Assembly (NCBI RefSeq): GCF_009914755.1
Contig: NC_060930.1
Length of the DNA: 64,000 bases
Reading direction: 5' to 3' (one strand)
DNA from: the human T2T-CHM13v2.0 reference genome, Homo sapiens
A model generated the notes under the pieces. The model was not told where the DNA came from. It saw nothing but the letters and a program-made list of their open reading frames with translations, and ran no database searches. Every line of letters starts with the position of its first letter. Within the stretch, counting starts at the first letter, position 1. Below are positions 15,245 through 35,200 of the stretch, piece by piece. The position numbers and the translations under genes are program-made.

Positions 15245-16254
15245 ATGAGGAAAAACCAGTGCAAAAAGGCTGAAAATTCCAAAAACCAGAATGCTTCATC
15301 TTCTCCAAAGAATCACAACTCCTCGCCAGCAAGGGAACAAAACTGGACTTAGAATGAGTTTGATGAATTGACAGAAGTAGGTTTTAGAAGGTGAGTAATA
15401 ACAAACTCCTCTGAGCTAACGGAGCATGTTTTAACCCAATGCAAGGAAGTTACGAACCTTGATAAAAGGTTAGAGGAATTGGTAACTAGAATAACTAGTT
15501 TAGAGAAAAACATAAATGACTTGATGGAGCTGAAAAACACAGCATGAGAACTTCATGAAGCATACAAAAGTATTAATAGCTGAATTGATCAAGCAGAAGA
15601 AAGGATATCAGAGATTGAAGATCAACTTAATGAAATAAAGCACGATTAGAGAATAAAGAATGAAAAGGAATGAACAAAGTCTCCAAGACATAAGGGACTA
15701 TGTGAAAAGACCAAACCTACATTTGATTGGTGTATCTGAAAGTAATGGGAAAAATGGAACCAAGTTGGAAAACACACTTCACGATATTATCCAGGAGAAC
15801 TTCCCTAACCTAGAAGACAGGCCAACATTCCAATTCAGGAAATACAGAAAACACCACAAAGATATGCCTCGAGAAGAGCAACCCCAAGACACATAATTGT
15901 GAGATTTACCAAGGTTGAAATGAAGGAAAAAATGTTAAGGGAAGCCAGAGAGAAAGGTCAGATTACCCACAATGGGAAGCCCATCAGCCTAACAGTGGAT
16001 CTCTCTGCAGAAACCCTACAAGCCAGAAGAGAGTGGGGGCCAATATTCAACATTCTTAACAAAATCAACCCAGAATTTCATATCCAGCCAAACTAAGCTT
16101 CATAAGTGAAGGAGAAATAAAATCCTTTACAGACAAGCAAATGCTGAGGGATTTTGTTACCACCAGGTCTGCCTTACAAGAGCTCCTGAAGGAAGCACTA
16201 AACATGGAAAGGAAAAATGAGTACCAGCCACTGCAGAAACAAACCAAAATGTAA
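15245..16254 (+). pseudogene. L1 ORF1 remnant
   Basis: Start ATGAGGAAAAACCAG. Fragments 15660-15896 and 15899-16096 (DYVKRPNL, DLSAETLQARREWGPIF). In-frame stops and frameshifts. Confidence 0.88.
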
Positions 16255-16317
16255 AGACCATTGACACTATGAAGAAACTGCATCAACTAGTGGGCAAAAT
16301 AACCAGCTAGCATCATA

Positions 16318-20119
<3,802 letters not shown>

Positions 20120-20372
20120 ACAATGAGAACATATGGGCACAGGGTGGGGAACATCCCACACTGGGGCCTTTTGTGTGGGTTGGGGGAAGAGGAGGGATAG
20201 CATCAGGAGAAATACCTAATGTAGATGATGGGTTGATGGGTGCAGCAAACCACCATGGCACATGTATACCTGTGCAACAAATCTGCATGTTCTGTACACG
20301 TATCCCATACCTTAAAGTTTAAAAAAAACCCAAACACTGTGGAAAAAAGTTGACATTAACTAGAAGAGTTGA

Positions 20373-20893
20373 ATAGTTTTATAAAGCATTTTACTATAAA
20401 CATGCAAGGCCCAAGCTGCACTTTCATTAATACGCTTAGGAATTTCGTCTGCTAAATATCTAAATTTTATTGCTTGTAAATTTTACTTTCCACAAAACAC
20501 TAGAACATAAACACAATTCAGCCAAATTATTTGCTACTTTCTAACGAGGGTCACCTTTCCTCCTGTTTCAATTAACATGTTCCTCATCCATCTGAGACCT
20601 CACCGAGATGGCCTTTAACATCTATATTTCTACCAACATTCTTTTCATGATTATTTATGTGTTTTCTAAGAATATGGAGCCTTTGTCTCCAGTCCTCTTC
20701 TTTTCTTTCTAAATTCTGACCATTATAACCAGTAACAATGGTATTTCTACCAACAGTCTCTTTATGACATTATCAACTTTTCTGAGCCTGCACCTCAAAA
20801 CTCCTTCAGCCCATAACTATTACTTGGTTCCAAAGCCACTTCCACATTTTTGGTATTTCTTATAGCAACACCCTACTTCATATTACCAACATC
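20373..20893 (-). mobile_element. MaLR (MLT1) internal sequence adjoining the LTR
   Basis: CAAAGCCACTTCCACATTTTTGGTATTT...TATAGCAACACCCTACTTC...TACCAA immediately before the LTR is the typical MaLR internal/LTR junction. Confidence 0.7.
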
Positions 20894-21268
20894 TGTCTTA
20901 GTCTTCTGGGGCTATCATAACAAAATACCACAGATGGGATGGCTTAAACAACAGAAATTTGTTTTCTTATGATTCTGAAGGCTAAAGTCTAAGATAAAGT
21001 TCTAGCAGGGTTAGGTTTCTGGTGAGAGCTCTCTTCCTGGCTTGCAGATGGCTGGCTTCTTACTGTTTCCTCACATGGCAGAGAGAGAGAGAGAGAGAAA
21101 CCCTTGCGTCTATTCTTGTAAAAACATTAATCCTATTGGGATCAGGGCCCCACCCTTATGATCTAATTTAACTTTATCTCCTTATAGGACCTATCTTCAA
21201 ATACAGTCACACTGGGATTAGAGGTTCAATATATGAATTTTGGGCAAGACACAATTCAGTTCACAGCA
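20894..21268 (-). mobile_element. MLT1A/B-type LTR
   Basis: TGTCTTAGTC...ATAACAAAATACCACAGA...GGCTTAAACAACAGAAATTT...GATCAGGGCCCCACCCTTATGA...GACACAATTCAGTTCACAGCA. Confidence 0.87.
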
Positions 21269-21269
21269 G

Positions 21270-22030
21270 GTTCTGAGGCTGGAATATCTCTGGTACCATT
21301 GAGGAAACCAAGTTGCCTGTGTGACTGGAGTGGAGCAAATGAGAAGAAAACATTAAGAGATGATATCACAGAGATGATCAAGGCAGATTGTTAGGGCTTT
21401 AAATGTCATTGCAAGGACGTTGGCTTTTATTATGGAAGAAATGAGTAGCAGAGGAGTGACATGATCTAAATTACATTTTAACAGTGAAAAGCCAGTTGCT
21501 AAGTAGACTGTGGAGGAGCAAGAAGGAAACAGTGTCAGCAGGTAAGGAGGTATTATAATAATGCAGATAAGCGAAAATGGTTGCCTGAACTAGTGGTAGA
21601 GCAGTGTCAGTGGTGTTAAATGATCAGATTACAGGTGTCTTTTGAAACAAGTCAACTGTATTTGCTGAAGGGTTGGATAGTGATGTATGTGAGAGACAGG
21701 GGCATCAAAAATAACTACAGATTTTATGGCCAAAGAAATTGGAGAGATGGTCTTGCCTGAACTAAATTGAGAAGGATATATGTGAAAGTGTTTGAGGGGG
21801 AAAGTTGAGGGTTGAGTTTTAGTTATATTCACTTTAAGAGGTTTGTTAGATTTCCAGTGGAGATGAGGTGTTGGATATATGGATATGTAATTCAGAGGAG
21901 AGTGCTGGGATCAAAGTATAAATGTGGAAGTTAGCAACATGCAGATGGTGTTTAAAGTTATGGGATTAGGAGAGTGAGTACAGATAAAATAGAAGGGTCC
22001 AAAGACTTCACCCTGGATTATACCACCACT
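21270..22030 (-). mobile_element. L2 fragment
   Basis: Purine-rich L2 antisense motifs (GCAGAGGAGTGACATGATCT, GAGTTTTAGTTATATTCACTTTAAGAG, GATGGTGTTTAAAG). Confidence 0.75.
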
Positions 22031-22039
22031 AAGATAGGC

Positions 22040-22560
22040 TTTTTTCCTGTGTACAAAACAGGACATGTACAAAAATATTTATAGCAGCATTGTTCATAGT
22101 AGCAAAGAACCAAAGATTATCTACATGCCTGTTAATGGTAGAATGGAAAATATAGATTGTGGATTACTATGGGTTATTTGAATGATGGAATATTACACAG
22201 CAATGACAACGAATGAACTAGAGTCATGCACCAACATGGGTGATTCTCATAAGAAAATGTTGATAGAAAAGCACAAACCACAAAAGAATACTCAAAGTGT
22301 GATTTCAATTATATAACATTCAAAACTGAGGCAAAATTGAGCAATATTAGTAATATTATGTTACAGGTACATTAACATCGGGCAAATATATAAAGAATAG
22401 CAAGGAATGATGAACACACAAGTTGGAGTGAAAGATAGGAGGATGTGATTACAGAGAGTCATCTAGGGACTTTGAGAACATTGCCAGCAAAATATATTGC
22501 AGCTTTGATTTTAAAAACACATGCAGAGGAAACTAGAAAGAATTATACCAAAACGTTAAC
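22040..22560 (+). mobile_element. Ancient L1ME-like ORF2 end and 3'UTR (end of the host element)
   Basis: GACATGTACAAAAATATTTATAGCAGCATTGTTCATAGTAGC...AATGAACTA...CAACATGGGTGATTCTCA. Confidence 0.75.
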
Positions 22561-25500
22561 AGTTGTATTTGGAGAGTGACTTTCAGCACAATTTCTGCTC
22601 TGTGGATTTGAGTTAAAGTGAAAGTAGCAAAAGCAGAATCAATCACTTTGTTTCTTGCTTTAGTTGATTAACATAATTTTATTCACAAATATTTCTTCAT
22701 GCTTTTATAAGTTTTGTAAACAAGGCAGATAATTCAGATAATTTTTCTTCCTTTTTTGGATATACATATATAGTTTAAAAACACAGTATGTTGTGTTTAT
22801 AATTATATAAACTTAAAAATAAATCATGCATTTTGTTTCCTCTTTCAAAGGTAGGACAATCTATTGAGAAGACTTTTAGAATGTCTTCATATGTTGTTAT
22901 AAGCCAGAAAAGCATACTCTCTCTTTCGAAAGTGTGACAGCAACACCACACTTCAAATCCCACAGCATACCAGGAGATCTGACCGTGGCATGCCTGGGTC
23001 TGAGGCCAGCTTTAGAGTTAGGATTCATCGGCTTAGCATTCAGACTGGTGCCCAGCTGGTCTACCAAGAAAGCCTTGGCTTGGCTATGACTCCAAACACA
23101 CATGTCAATACTCCCTAATAATCTCCTCTCCTGCCAGGTGGAGCTCCTGTGACAGAGGAAGAGAGAGTCTGGGAGTCCAGGCAGTCTACAAAGACTGCTG
23201 TTTTGTCAGTACCCAGAAATATTAAGCAGGATACAATGAGGAGAATGGAATAGGGTCCAGTTGGTGTTCTGTGTTACAAGGAACTGCAAATCTTGTTAGT
23301 TTTTGAAAACGAAATATAACATGATAAACTGGAAGAAGAGAGGGTCCTACACGTATATCTCCAAAGAGCCTACTTCTTGTCTTGTGTAAAGAGAAGAATG
23401 GATGTGGGAAGCTATGTATATTTATTTGCAGTATACCTTGATAATTTTACTCTACATTCTTATACTTTTATAACAATGAATGTGTTTCTCATTAGTAGTA
23501 ACCTTGGTCCATAGGATACAGGGATGATTTGGGAGTTTTCTCTTTCATAGAAAAAAAAATGAGGACCTATATTTGTGAAATGATTGTTTTAGTGAATTGG
23601 AGTTTAAATTAGTAAGTTTTAGACATAGATTATATTGTTTAAATAAAAAGTTAACATGAAATATTTTCATGATATTTCACAATGTGTTTAGTAAACCTGA
23701 CTGCTTACTTTGCTTTGTCTAGTTTATCTTCCCTGAAAATAGGGTGAAATTTTTGATTGAGCTAGTTGGTTGATTTCTTGCTTGCTAAAGATTTGACTGA
23801 TTGCTTAAGTTTCCTGACTTATTTTTATTTGTTCTTCTATAAATTACCAGAGAAGGCTTCCTACTTTTCCTCTGTAGAGAGGACAAATATTCTAGAAAGA
23901 ATACAGTTTCTCAAATAAACTACTTGTACAATAAGATTTCTCAAATACATAAAAGAAACAGAAAGCCTAAACTGTAATTTTTGTTAAGATGTGTATGTTT
24001 GAAGCTGGGATGGAAATAAAACCTCCTGGTCACCAAGCAAGGTTTTGAAGATCCTTTAAGCTAAACTTCTGTGATGACCTTTATTCCCTGGGAAAAGCTT
24101 TTTCTGTGTTCTAGGCCTTCTAAAGTTGTAAGGTCATGGATTGGACATGAAAAAAAATGACTTGGTGGAGAAAATAATTGATGTATGAATATCCTCCAAT
24201 TCTCCTCCTTCTCTTGTCATGCGGCCTTGGGTAGATCATCCTTGGGCCTTTGTGCGGAATTCAGTTAACAGGTAAGGGAGAGGCAAAGAAGTTACATATA
24301 CTTTTTTTTTTACTTACATTGGATAGAGTAAAAACATTTCTTCAGGATGGAAAAAGACTAGACCCAGGAAAAGAAGGAAGAAAGAGAAAGGAAGAGACTC
24401 AATAAGGACCACATTTCAGGGAAAATGTTTTAGGAATTTTTGGAGTAGAGGTGAGGAGAGAGCACTTCGTACTATGTAAAAAATTGAGAGAAAGATGTGG
24501 TAAAGGATAATTTAAATTTTTGCTGTACCTTATAAATATAATGACTCAGGCATTTTTGAGAGACAACAGTAAAGATTTTAATTACTTTCATTTATTTTTG
24601 GTCATTGAATTTGGACTGAATTCTAAATCGAAAAGAAATGAATTCCAAAAGAAGTAAATCTTTTGAATGGGATATTGTGTAAAAACAATCCTTAAAGAAG
24701 GTGCGATGACAAATGTCCCAGTTTTATTCTAGTTGGAATCATTGTACCTTCCCTGAGTGTATTTGATACTTCCACCTTCAAGGGAGTTAATAAATACATT
24801 TGTTTACTCTGATAATCCCTGAACTTAAGGGGATTGAGATAGGCCTATGGGGGTGAGCAGGAAGAACAGGTAGGAGAGAGAAGAAACCTTTTGTTTTCTA
24901 TCTTTCCTTGCACTGGAAGCTTTGTCTTTATCAAGCCCTTGATTTCTGAGTATAGCAAAGAGGCAAGAGGCCAGTATGTTTTCTCCTAATTAACACATGA
25001 CTGATGAGACATTGCTACTGTCAGAAAAATAGATTCAGCTGAGAAAAGCAGCAGCAGTTCAAGGGGCAGAACTTAAGTGCCTTGGAATGAGAAGCTGACT
25101 CAGACACTTGTCTTCTATCTTTATTCCCATTTGACTCTGAGGTTGGTTAGGAATAAAGATAAAAGTAGAAAGAGCATGATGTCTTGGAGGTTGGCCTTTT
25201 GCAGTGAGCTATGTTCTTCTGTGATTGTAGAGTCAAGCACTCCTATTTCTTGTTCCTTTCCCTAGGATTTTTCTTCTTGGCCTCACTTTTACTTGGGTCT
25301 ATCCTTCCATTTCTTTGTTTGCATTTTCTGTCAATTGTCCATATTCACTGCTGTTTTCATTCCTGCAGACACATACCTATATACCTTCTCTCTTTCTTCA
25401 TATCTCTTTTGTTTTTACATTCTCCTGCCCCCTAATGCACACCCACATAATTTTTATTTTTGCTTCATAATATTCATCAATATTGATATTTATCAAGGTT

Positions 25501-26814
25501 TGGTTGGTTCCCATCACCACTCCTTCATTTCATACTTGCAGCACTACAATGGACCTATACTAGTTTTTTACAGAGCTAAGAGCTTTCCTTTCTAAGAGAC
25601 AGGATATGGTGTTCCAAGGGGCTACCAACCTTTCCTCCTTCTCAGGAACATTATTGCAGTAAATTCCTGTGATTTGCCCTGCAGCTGATTGAACAAAGGG
25701 TTCATCTGAAGGCACCATCCTTAGGTAGGTCAGTGACCTTGAGCAGCCTCATGGGAGAACTCTGTCTAGCAGGAATGCTCTTTCTGGATAGTGTCTAATT
25801 AATCACCTTGAGAGTTTGAATGCAGGTCACTAGAATAGGCAGAAGTGGTTGGGAACACGTGTACTCAGAAAAGAAGCAGCAGAAGTCGTGAGGCAATGGA
25901 GGCATGAGAACGTAACAGATCAGAGGAAAAAGGGCTTTAGAGGCAGAGACAGAGAGAGGCTGGCAGTCACTAGAGTTGTTAGAGGAGGGAGCAGAAGTAC
26001 TCACTTTTGAGAGTTCAGCTGCTTTTCCATCCAGGAGGCCTGGCACTGGAGCTGTTAGACTGAAGCAACCAGAATGTACCTTCCTTTCCCTGGCGGCCTG
26101 AAATAACTAACATGTATATTATGTTATGTAATATTCACAATTCCAAAAGATTATTCCCATTTTATTGACGAGGAGTCATAATTACAGAGAAATTACACGA
26201 TTTGACCATTGTCTTGTGAAAACCCCAAGTACTTGCTTGTAATGAATAATATTAAAGCAGTGTTTTTGGAGCCTATAATTCAAGTAGTCTAATGTGATAT
26301 TTTTTCCTATTGTAATTCCCTTTTCTGTCTATATTCTGATGCAACTTTAATGCCTTACTATTTTCTTTCTTGCCACTCCTCTTTTTGTCTCATTAACTGA
26401 TACACGTTTAGATTATTTCAACCATGTGCTCTTTGATGCCAATATTTTAAAGACTGTCTTTAATAAAGCACAATTGGGATATTCTAATTTTGACACAATT
26501 TATAAAATGAAATAATCTGTACATGCTCAATCAGAGCTACACCTGATTTGAATTAACAGTGTACAGGAATATATGTATAACTTGCGACTTGAAAAACTTA
26601 ATTTCCCCAATTAGGAACCAAAGGGCATGATATGGTCTGTAGGTCCATTTTGGTTTAAAATGTTTACTTATAATTATTGAGGTTTTTAGAAAATATTTTA
26701 AACTCAGGACATTAGAAAACAAATTATTTGGGAAGTCACTGCAATATGTATAACAAAAAAGGTTGTATTTAATTACTATTCCCTCCTCAAGATAAGGCAG
26801 ATTTTCTCTATTGA

Positions 26815-26816
26815 TT

Positions 26817-26851
<35 letters not shown>

Positions 26852-26971
26852 ATCTATCATTATCTATCATCTGTCTGTCATCTCTATCATCTATCTTCTA
26901 TCATCTGTCTATCTGTCTATCATCTATCTATTACCTATCTGTCGTCTGTCTGTCTATCTATCTATCATCTA
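26815..26971. repeat. Compound (TCTA/TCTG/TCA)n GATA-type microsatellite
   Basis: About 7 perfect ATCT units followed by degenerate TCA/TCTG variants. Confidence 0.95.
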
Positions 26972-27931
26972 TTTTCGTCATTCCAGGATGGGAGGCTGTT
27001 GAGTCCTGGTCAGGCCCTCTTTGTTTTCCTCAGATCCTCACCTCCTCCTGAGTATTGACACAGAATTTCAATTTCCCTCAGGGGTTGTTCCTTCTTGAAT
27101 CGTTGAGGATTATGTCTTGCTATCTTATCTCAAACAAATTCTCTACTTTTTCTCAGAGCTTTTGGGCTTTGTGCTGAGCTTGATTTCCCTCATGCATTTC
27201 TTGTGCTAAACTATGCAATCTAGCTATGTGCAATCTCTGTACATTCTCAGAAAACAAGCCTGAGGCCTCCTTGTCCAGGTGACATTTAAGCACTGGTGAT
27301 TTCTCTGATTGCATAATATTCTTGTTTTCCACATTGCCATGGTTGTTTTGGCTGTGTGGTTCAATTGTCAGACACTACTATCTTAGTTTGGACTCTTCAA
27401 TTCTTTTTTTCCATGATCCTTGAAATGCCACTGGATGAACAGTCCTTGAGAAAACATGGACATCCTGGTCCATGATCACTTCCCGCTTTCTATCCTTTTC
27501 CATATGTGGCTGAGAGAATTTAAATCATGCTGTGGCTTGCAGCTGGGGCTGTGTATAGCTGAAGAAAAGCCTCACAGCACAAGATTGTTTCTTAAATCCT
27601 CTATCCCTGCTTTATACTTTATAATGGTCTCTCATTGATGAAATAGAACCATAGAATAGCTATCAAATAGAAAAATAACAATAAAGACATCTGGCCCCAA
27701 ATTTGGCTATTTACATTTTTTTCTTTACTGAATTTTTCCAGCAACTAAACTTAAAAAGATATTTTTCCATTCTCATCTAGAAGAAGGTCCTGTCATCATT
27801 CCTCAAGGATTCCTTGGGAAGAGAAGCCATCGTGGGCTATGCTTTCTGAGCTAATGTGGGGATAGATTTTATTTCAGTCACTAAGGGCTCTGGAAGCATC
27901 TAGCGTTGTCTGACTTAAACCTTACCTGGAG

Positions 27932-28272
27932 AAGTGTTTCTAATCTACCCAGTGGGGCTGGCTTCATGGGCTTGTGACCTGTGCAGTCACAGAGGGGCCC
28001 ACATTTCGAAGGTCCTCACTCTTGGTTTATTACTTTGCTGTCACCATCTTGAAATTTCCAATTATTTTTTAGCAAGGGGCCTGCATTTTCATTTCCTACA
28101 AATTATGTAGCCAATCCTGCTCCTCAGACCATTTGCCTCAGAATCACTTGGTGTAGGAATATAAATCAGATTCTTACTGTATCAGATCCTCTAGGGCTAA
28201 GGCCCCTGAATCAGCATATTAATAAACATCCAATGCATTTTTTGCAAAGTTTGCAAAACTTGAGAACTACCT
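27932..28272. mobile_element. MER5-type MITE interrupted by MER91
   Basis: TCAGAATCACTTGG...GGCCCCTGAATCAGCATATTAATAAAC...AAACTTGAGAACTAC. Confidence 0.55.
27953..28119 (+). mobile_element. MER91A (hAT-Tip100 MITE)
   Basis: GGGCTGGCTTCATGGGCTTGTGACCTGTGCAGTC...CATCTTGAAATT...CAAATTATGTAGCCAATCCTG. Confidence 0.85.
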
Positions 28273-29043
28273 GGATAGAGAGTTAAAATATCAGGTTCTT
28301 GGGCAGCTCTGCTTGATGAAAGATTTAAAGCAGAATTCTTGACTTTTATTTCAAGTGAGGGAAAAAAGAAACATTCATAATTAAAAACGCTTTATTTGAA
28401 ATATAATAGGTGGTTTTGTCTTATTGCCAAAACAAATATTTGGGAGTATGCCTAAATTGTTGATCTGAGGATTCTCACACACTCTTTGTTCATTCCAGCA
28501 TTATTTATTTATGTTTATTTTTATTCATTTCCCATTAAGCCAGGGAAATGCTTCCCTTATTTGTTAACTAATTAGATCTGCTAAAAGAGAGTAATACTGT
28601 CTGAAAATAGTTTCACATTTCCTCCAATCCCCTCAATACCCTGACAAATCAGAAAAGATGGAATCCTCATAAATTACTTGTAGGTTTTTGAGAAGTGCTA
28701 GTTGATGTTTCTGCAGGCATATGTATTTAGTTTTTATTCCAAAGTAGCTCCAAGATAGGAAAGAAACAGCGTCAGCCTGCCAGACTATTTCAATGACAGA
28801 TGTTAACCTGGCTCCAGAAGGCAAGGCCCCGGATTGAGGGCATCTGGGGATCTTTTTTGGGACTATGAACAGGAAGATAATTAGTATTAGTTGCTCTAAG
28901 ATTGTAGCATTAAATATTTAATCTAGGCTAAATCACCATAGAGCCATTAGAAGGACACAGCTTTTCATTACAGTGCATAGAACAAGATTTTCACCAGCAC
29001 TCTAGGGATGAACAAGTTCACCTGACACCAGAAAGTCTTGGAT

Positions 29044-29062
29044 TCATCAGATGGCAGCACTG
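29044..29062 (+). promoter_or_regulatory. Possible CTCF motif
   Basis: TCATCAGATGGCAGCACTG resembles the CCACCAGATGGCAGCA core with two C>T differences. Confidence 0.3.
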
Positions 29063-29278
29063 TTTGATATTTACGCTTCAAATTTTGTTCTTTCTGACCA
29101 CACCTGACCAGATCTGTGAACATCAAGTATTTTTCTAACTCATATTCTCAGACACTTGCCGATCAATAGACTCTTTTAACTGATTTTTGGTGTACTTAAA
29201 AAATAATCTATATCACATTTTTTATTTCTGATAAAAATAAGATTTCATGGCAAAAGATTCAGAAAAAAACTATGTATT

Positions 29279-29639
29279 TGGTATGGTTAGGCTTTGTGTT
29301 CCCACCCAAATCTCATCTTGAATTATAAACCTCATAATCCCCACATGTCAAGGGAGAGACCTGGTGAGAGGTGATTGGATCACGGGGGCAGTGTCTCCCA
29401 TGCTGTTCTTGTGATAGTGAGTTCTCATGAGATCTGATGGTTTCATAAATGTCTGACAGTTCCTTCTCTACACTCTTGCCTGTTAACATATGAGACATAC
29501 CTCTTCCCCTTCCACCCTGATTGTAAGTTTCCTGAGGCCTCCCCAGCCATGAGAACTGTAAGTCAACTAAATGTCTTCTCTTTATAAATTCCCCAGTCTT
29601 GGGCAGTTCTTTCTAGCAATGTGAGAACGGACTAATAGA
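29279..29639 (+). mobile_element. THE1D-like solo LTR
   Basis: TGGTATGGTTAGGCTTTGTG...CCCACCCAAATCTCATCTTGAATT...GAGAACGGACTAATA. TSD GTATT/TTATT. Confidence 0.9.
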
Positions 29640-30352
29640 TTATTTTGGACAAATATTTTAAGGCCTTTTGAGATTTCATCTTACTGAATCCATTTTACTT
29701 AATACTTAAAATTGTTTATAATATATAGTTGTCATCCTTTTACTAAACGTGTGAATAAGAATGTAGTTTAGATTTAAAATTAAAATCTTTTAGGATGGAG
29801 TACATTTAAAAAAACACTCATTTTAACCTGAATTTTCAACAGTCTTTTGACAAATTCAATTTTTAGAGAGGATGGAAAAATATGCATAAGTCAGACCCAA
29901 AAGTAAATAATATAAATAGTTCCCTGATGGCCTCTTCTCATCTTTTCTGTGTTTCCTTTCTGATTCCTTTGCCTCCAAGCTTGGGGCGTGGATCAGTCCT
30001 GTGGCTAATAAGCAGCCCTTAACATAAGCCTCATCTGAACCTCTCCCAGAATGACATTTAGGCATCTATTCTGCCTGGATATAACAAACTGAACTTGATT
30101 ACTAAAATAAGTCAAACAACTAGGCAAGAACCTTAAAAGATACAAACAGACAAAACTTCAAATATCTGAGAGGTCATTATTGTTTGTTTTTGATGTCATT
30201 GTTCAGTTAAGTAGTTACAATTTGTGTAATTGTTCCTAATTTCGTTTGAGCCCTTTCTCTATAAAAGATCTGTCTCATCATTACAGAATAATATACTCTG
30301 TAAACAGATTTTATGTAGTTTATAATTATTTGATTAAAAAAGGTAAACATTA

Positions 30353-30876
30353 GCAGGATGTTGAAGAAATATTTTCACGTGATGTTCATTGCAGCATTAT
30401 GTAGAACAACCAAGGTGGAAGCCACTTAACCATCCATTGATGGATAAATGGACAAAGAAAATGTGCTATATGCATACAATGGAATATTATTCAGCTTTAA
30501 AAGGAAGGAAATTCTGTCACATGCTACAACACGGATGAATTTTAAGGACATGATGTTAATTGAAGTAAGGCAGTCACAAAAAGATAAATACTGTAATGAT
30601 TCCACTTATATGAGAGATCTAAAGCAGTTGAACTCTTAGAAATAGAAAGTAAAATGGTAGCTTCCATGGGGTGGGGGAAGTGGGAAATGGAGAGTCGTTC
30701 AATAGGTATAGGATCTCGGTTTTGCAAGATGAAAAGGTTCTAGAGAGCTGTTGCACAACAATGGGAATATACTTAATACTACAAAACTGTACACAAAATA
30801 GTTAAGGTAGTAAATTTTATGTTACATGGGGGTTTTTTTTTAACTACAATTAAACAATAGCAAAAAGAAAAGCAAG
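30353..30876 (+). mobile_element. 5'-truncated L1MB 3' end
   Basis: AATGGAATATTATTCAGCTTTAAAAGGAAGGAAATTCTG...TTTTGCAAGATGAAAAGGTTCTAGAGA. TSD AAGGTAAACATTA (30340-30352) / AAGGTAAACACTA (30877-30889). Confidence 0.88.
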
Positions 30877-31598
30877 AAGGTAAACACTATATAATGAGTG
30901 ATTAGCTCAATTAGAGCAGGCAATAAAATTTAGCCCTAACTTTAAACTTAATTTTAATGTAAAACAGTGTGAATTGTCTGTCTTTGAGCCAGTTAGCTCT
31001 CTCTCTGTTGTATGTTCTGATTCTACATTAGTTAGGTTGGCCAGCTCTTTTCTGAATGCTTGCCTAATGTTTCATGGAATTGCTACTGAGCTGAAAATTT
31101 CAGTGGCATGCCTTTATAACAGCTCCGTGAATGGAAAGGATAGCACATTTGCTAAATACACCACCGTGTCACATAGCATTCTAAAAGTACAACTCTCTAA
31201 TCTTCTTAAGTTTAAAGGTTGAGAAGAGGCAACAAAGAAATTCCCCACTGCCTTTCCATTTTTCCTTTCAAATTAATTTTTGTTTTACATTATAACAGTA
31301 TATTACATTTATAAACTCTAAAGCTGGGGAATTAAAAGGGAATTTTATTTTTAATTAAACATTTTGCTTAAACTATGCATTAGTATTTAATGGATAAAGT
31401 TCATCAACAGATTGCCCATTTTACAAGTTCATTTTCTATTATTTTATCAGGCACTGCACTATAATTAGGAGATTATATGTGTACGTTTTCTATGTGCAAA
31501 TCTTGTACAGTTCTTGTAAATACTAAAAAGATGTATTGGGTTAAGTGTTTACAATTTTTTGCCAGTGACTAATTTTTGACTGTTGTAAAATAAAAATG

Positions 31599-31866
<268 letters not shown>

Positions 31867-32929
31867 TTAATTTTGATACGGTCCAGTTACAGAAGTGCTT
31901 GGGAGGAGTAGTGCCAAATTTAAGATCATATAGTAACAACAAGGTTTACTGGCATAGCTACATTATTTTGTACCATATTCTCTGACTGATCTTTTGTCAT
32001 TCTCAGTAGTGATATGTCCTTATAGGAATGAAACAGATTTTGACAAAAATATATTGAGCTAACTTATTACTTTGTGAAATGTTCAGCTTAATTTTTGTAG
32101 GCAACATTAATTTATACTTCATTGCATTATATTCTCAAAAAATTATTGGGAGACTTACACCAAAAGTTTTTGCTCAGATTTAGATAATTACTTTTGGCTT
32201 AAGAATGTAACTCCATAGGGATTCAACTATTAGCCTTGTATGAAATTCATTTTATTTTTAATCTCACTTGTATAGCATATTTCAATTACCTCAGTTGTAT
32301 ATCATTTATCCCCAATCCAAGCTAAAATTACTGCCGTGTCTTAATCATTGTGTCATTTATTTTATTTTACTATTCCCTTTTGGATAATCAAAATGCAATT
32401 AAAGTAGAATTAGAACAAAATGAAAGGTTAAGAGAAAATTATAAGCAGAAGTCTATTATAATATAGCTCTTTGTAAAGGATTTAGATACACTGTGGTTAC
32501 ATTGTATTCTCTTCAATGTAAAAATTAAATTTATAGTTTTCCTATTAATGTAGCCTTAGGCCTGTCTCCCAATACTAATATCGTAAAGGAATTCCATTGT
32601 CTTGGAAAATAATGGAATTTATGGTAAATGTATACATAAGGTAAATATAGTGGGACAATAATTTTTTATGTTTGTTGCAGTAGTGTTGCAATTTGCTGTA
32701 CAGAAAGCATTGCTGATTGTGTAGAATATGCTTATAGTGCTGGTGCCACTTACTGGCAGGGATCAAGGATTCAAATGAAATTAAGAAACAAAAGTTAGAG
32801 AGTGAAAGTAGTCATAAAAATAGTTTTAATTCTTTCATTTTGACAAATGTTTTTATTTTTGAAATTATTTTTCCAGTAAGCTATTTACTAATGAGCAAAC
32901 GAGGGCTTCCATCTATTGAACAATTTTAG

Positions 32930-35200
<2,271 letters not shown>

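Noticed and set aside
25600-26100. Possible very old LTR relic (AGCTGATTGAAC... plus a purine-rich tract)
   Set aside because: Similarity is too weak to assign by eye, and no termini or TSD were found.
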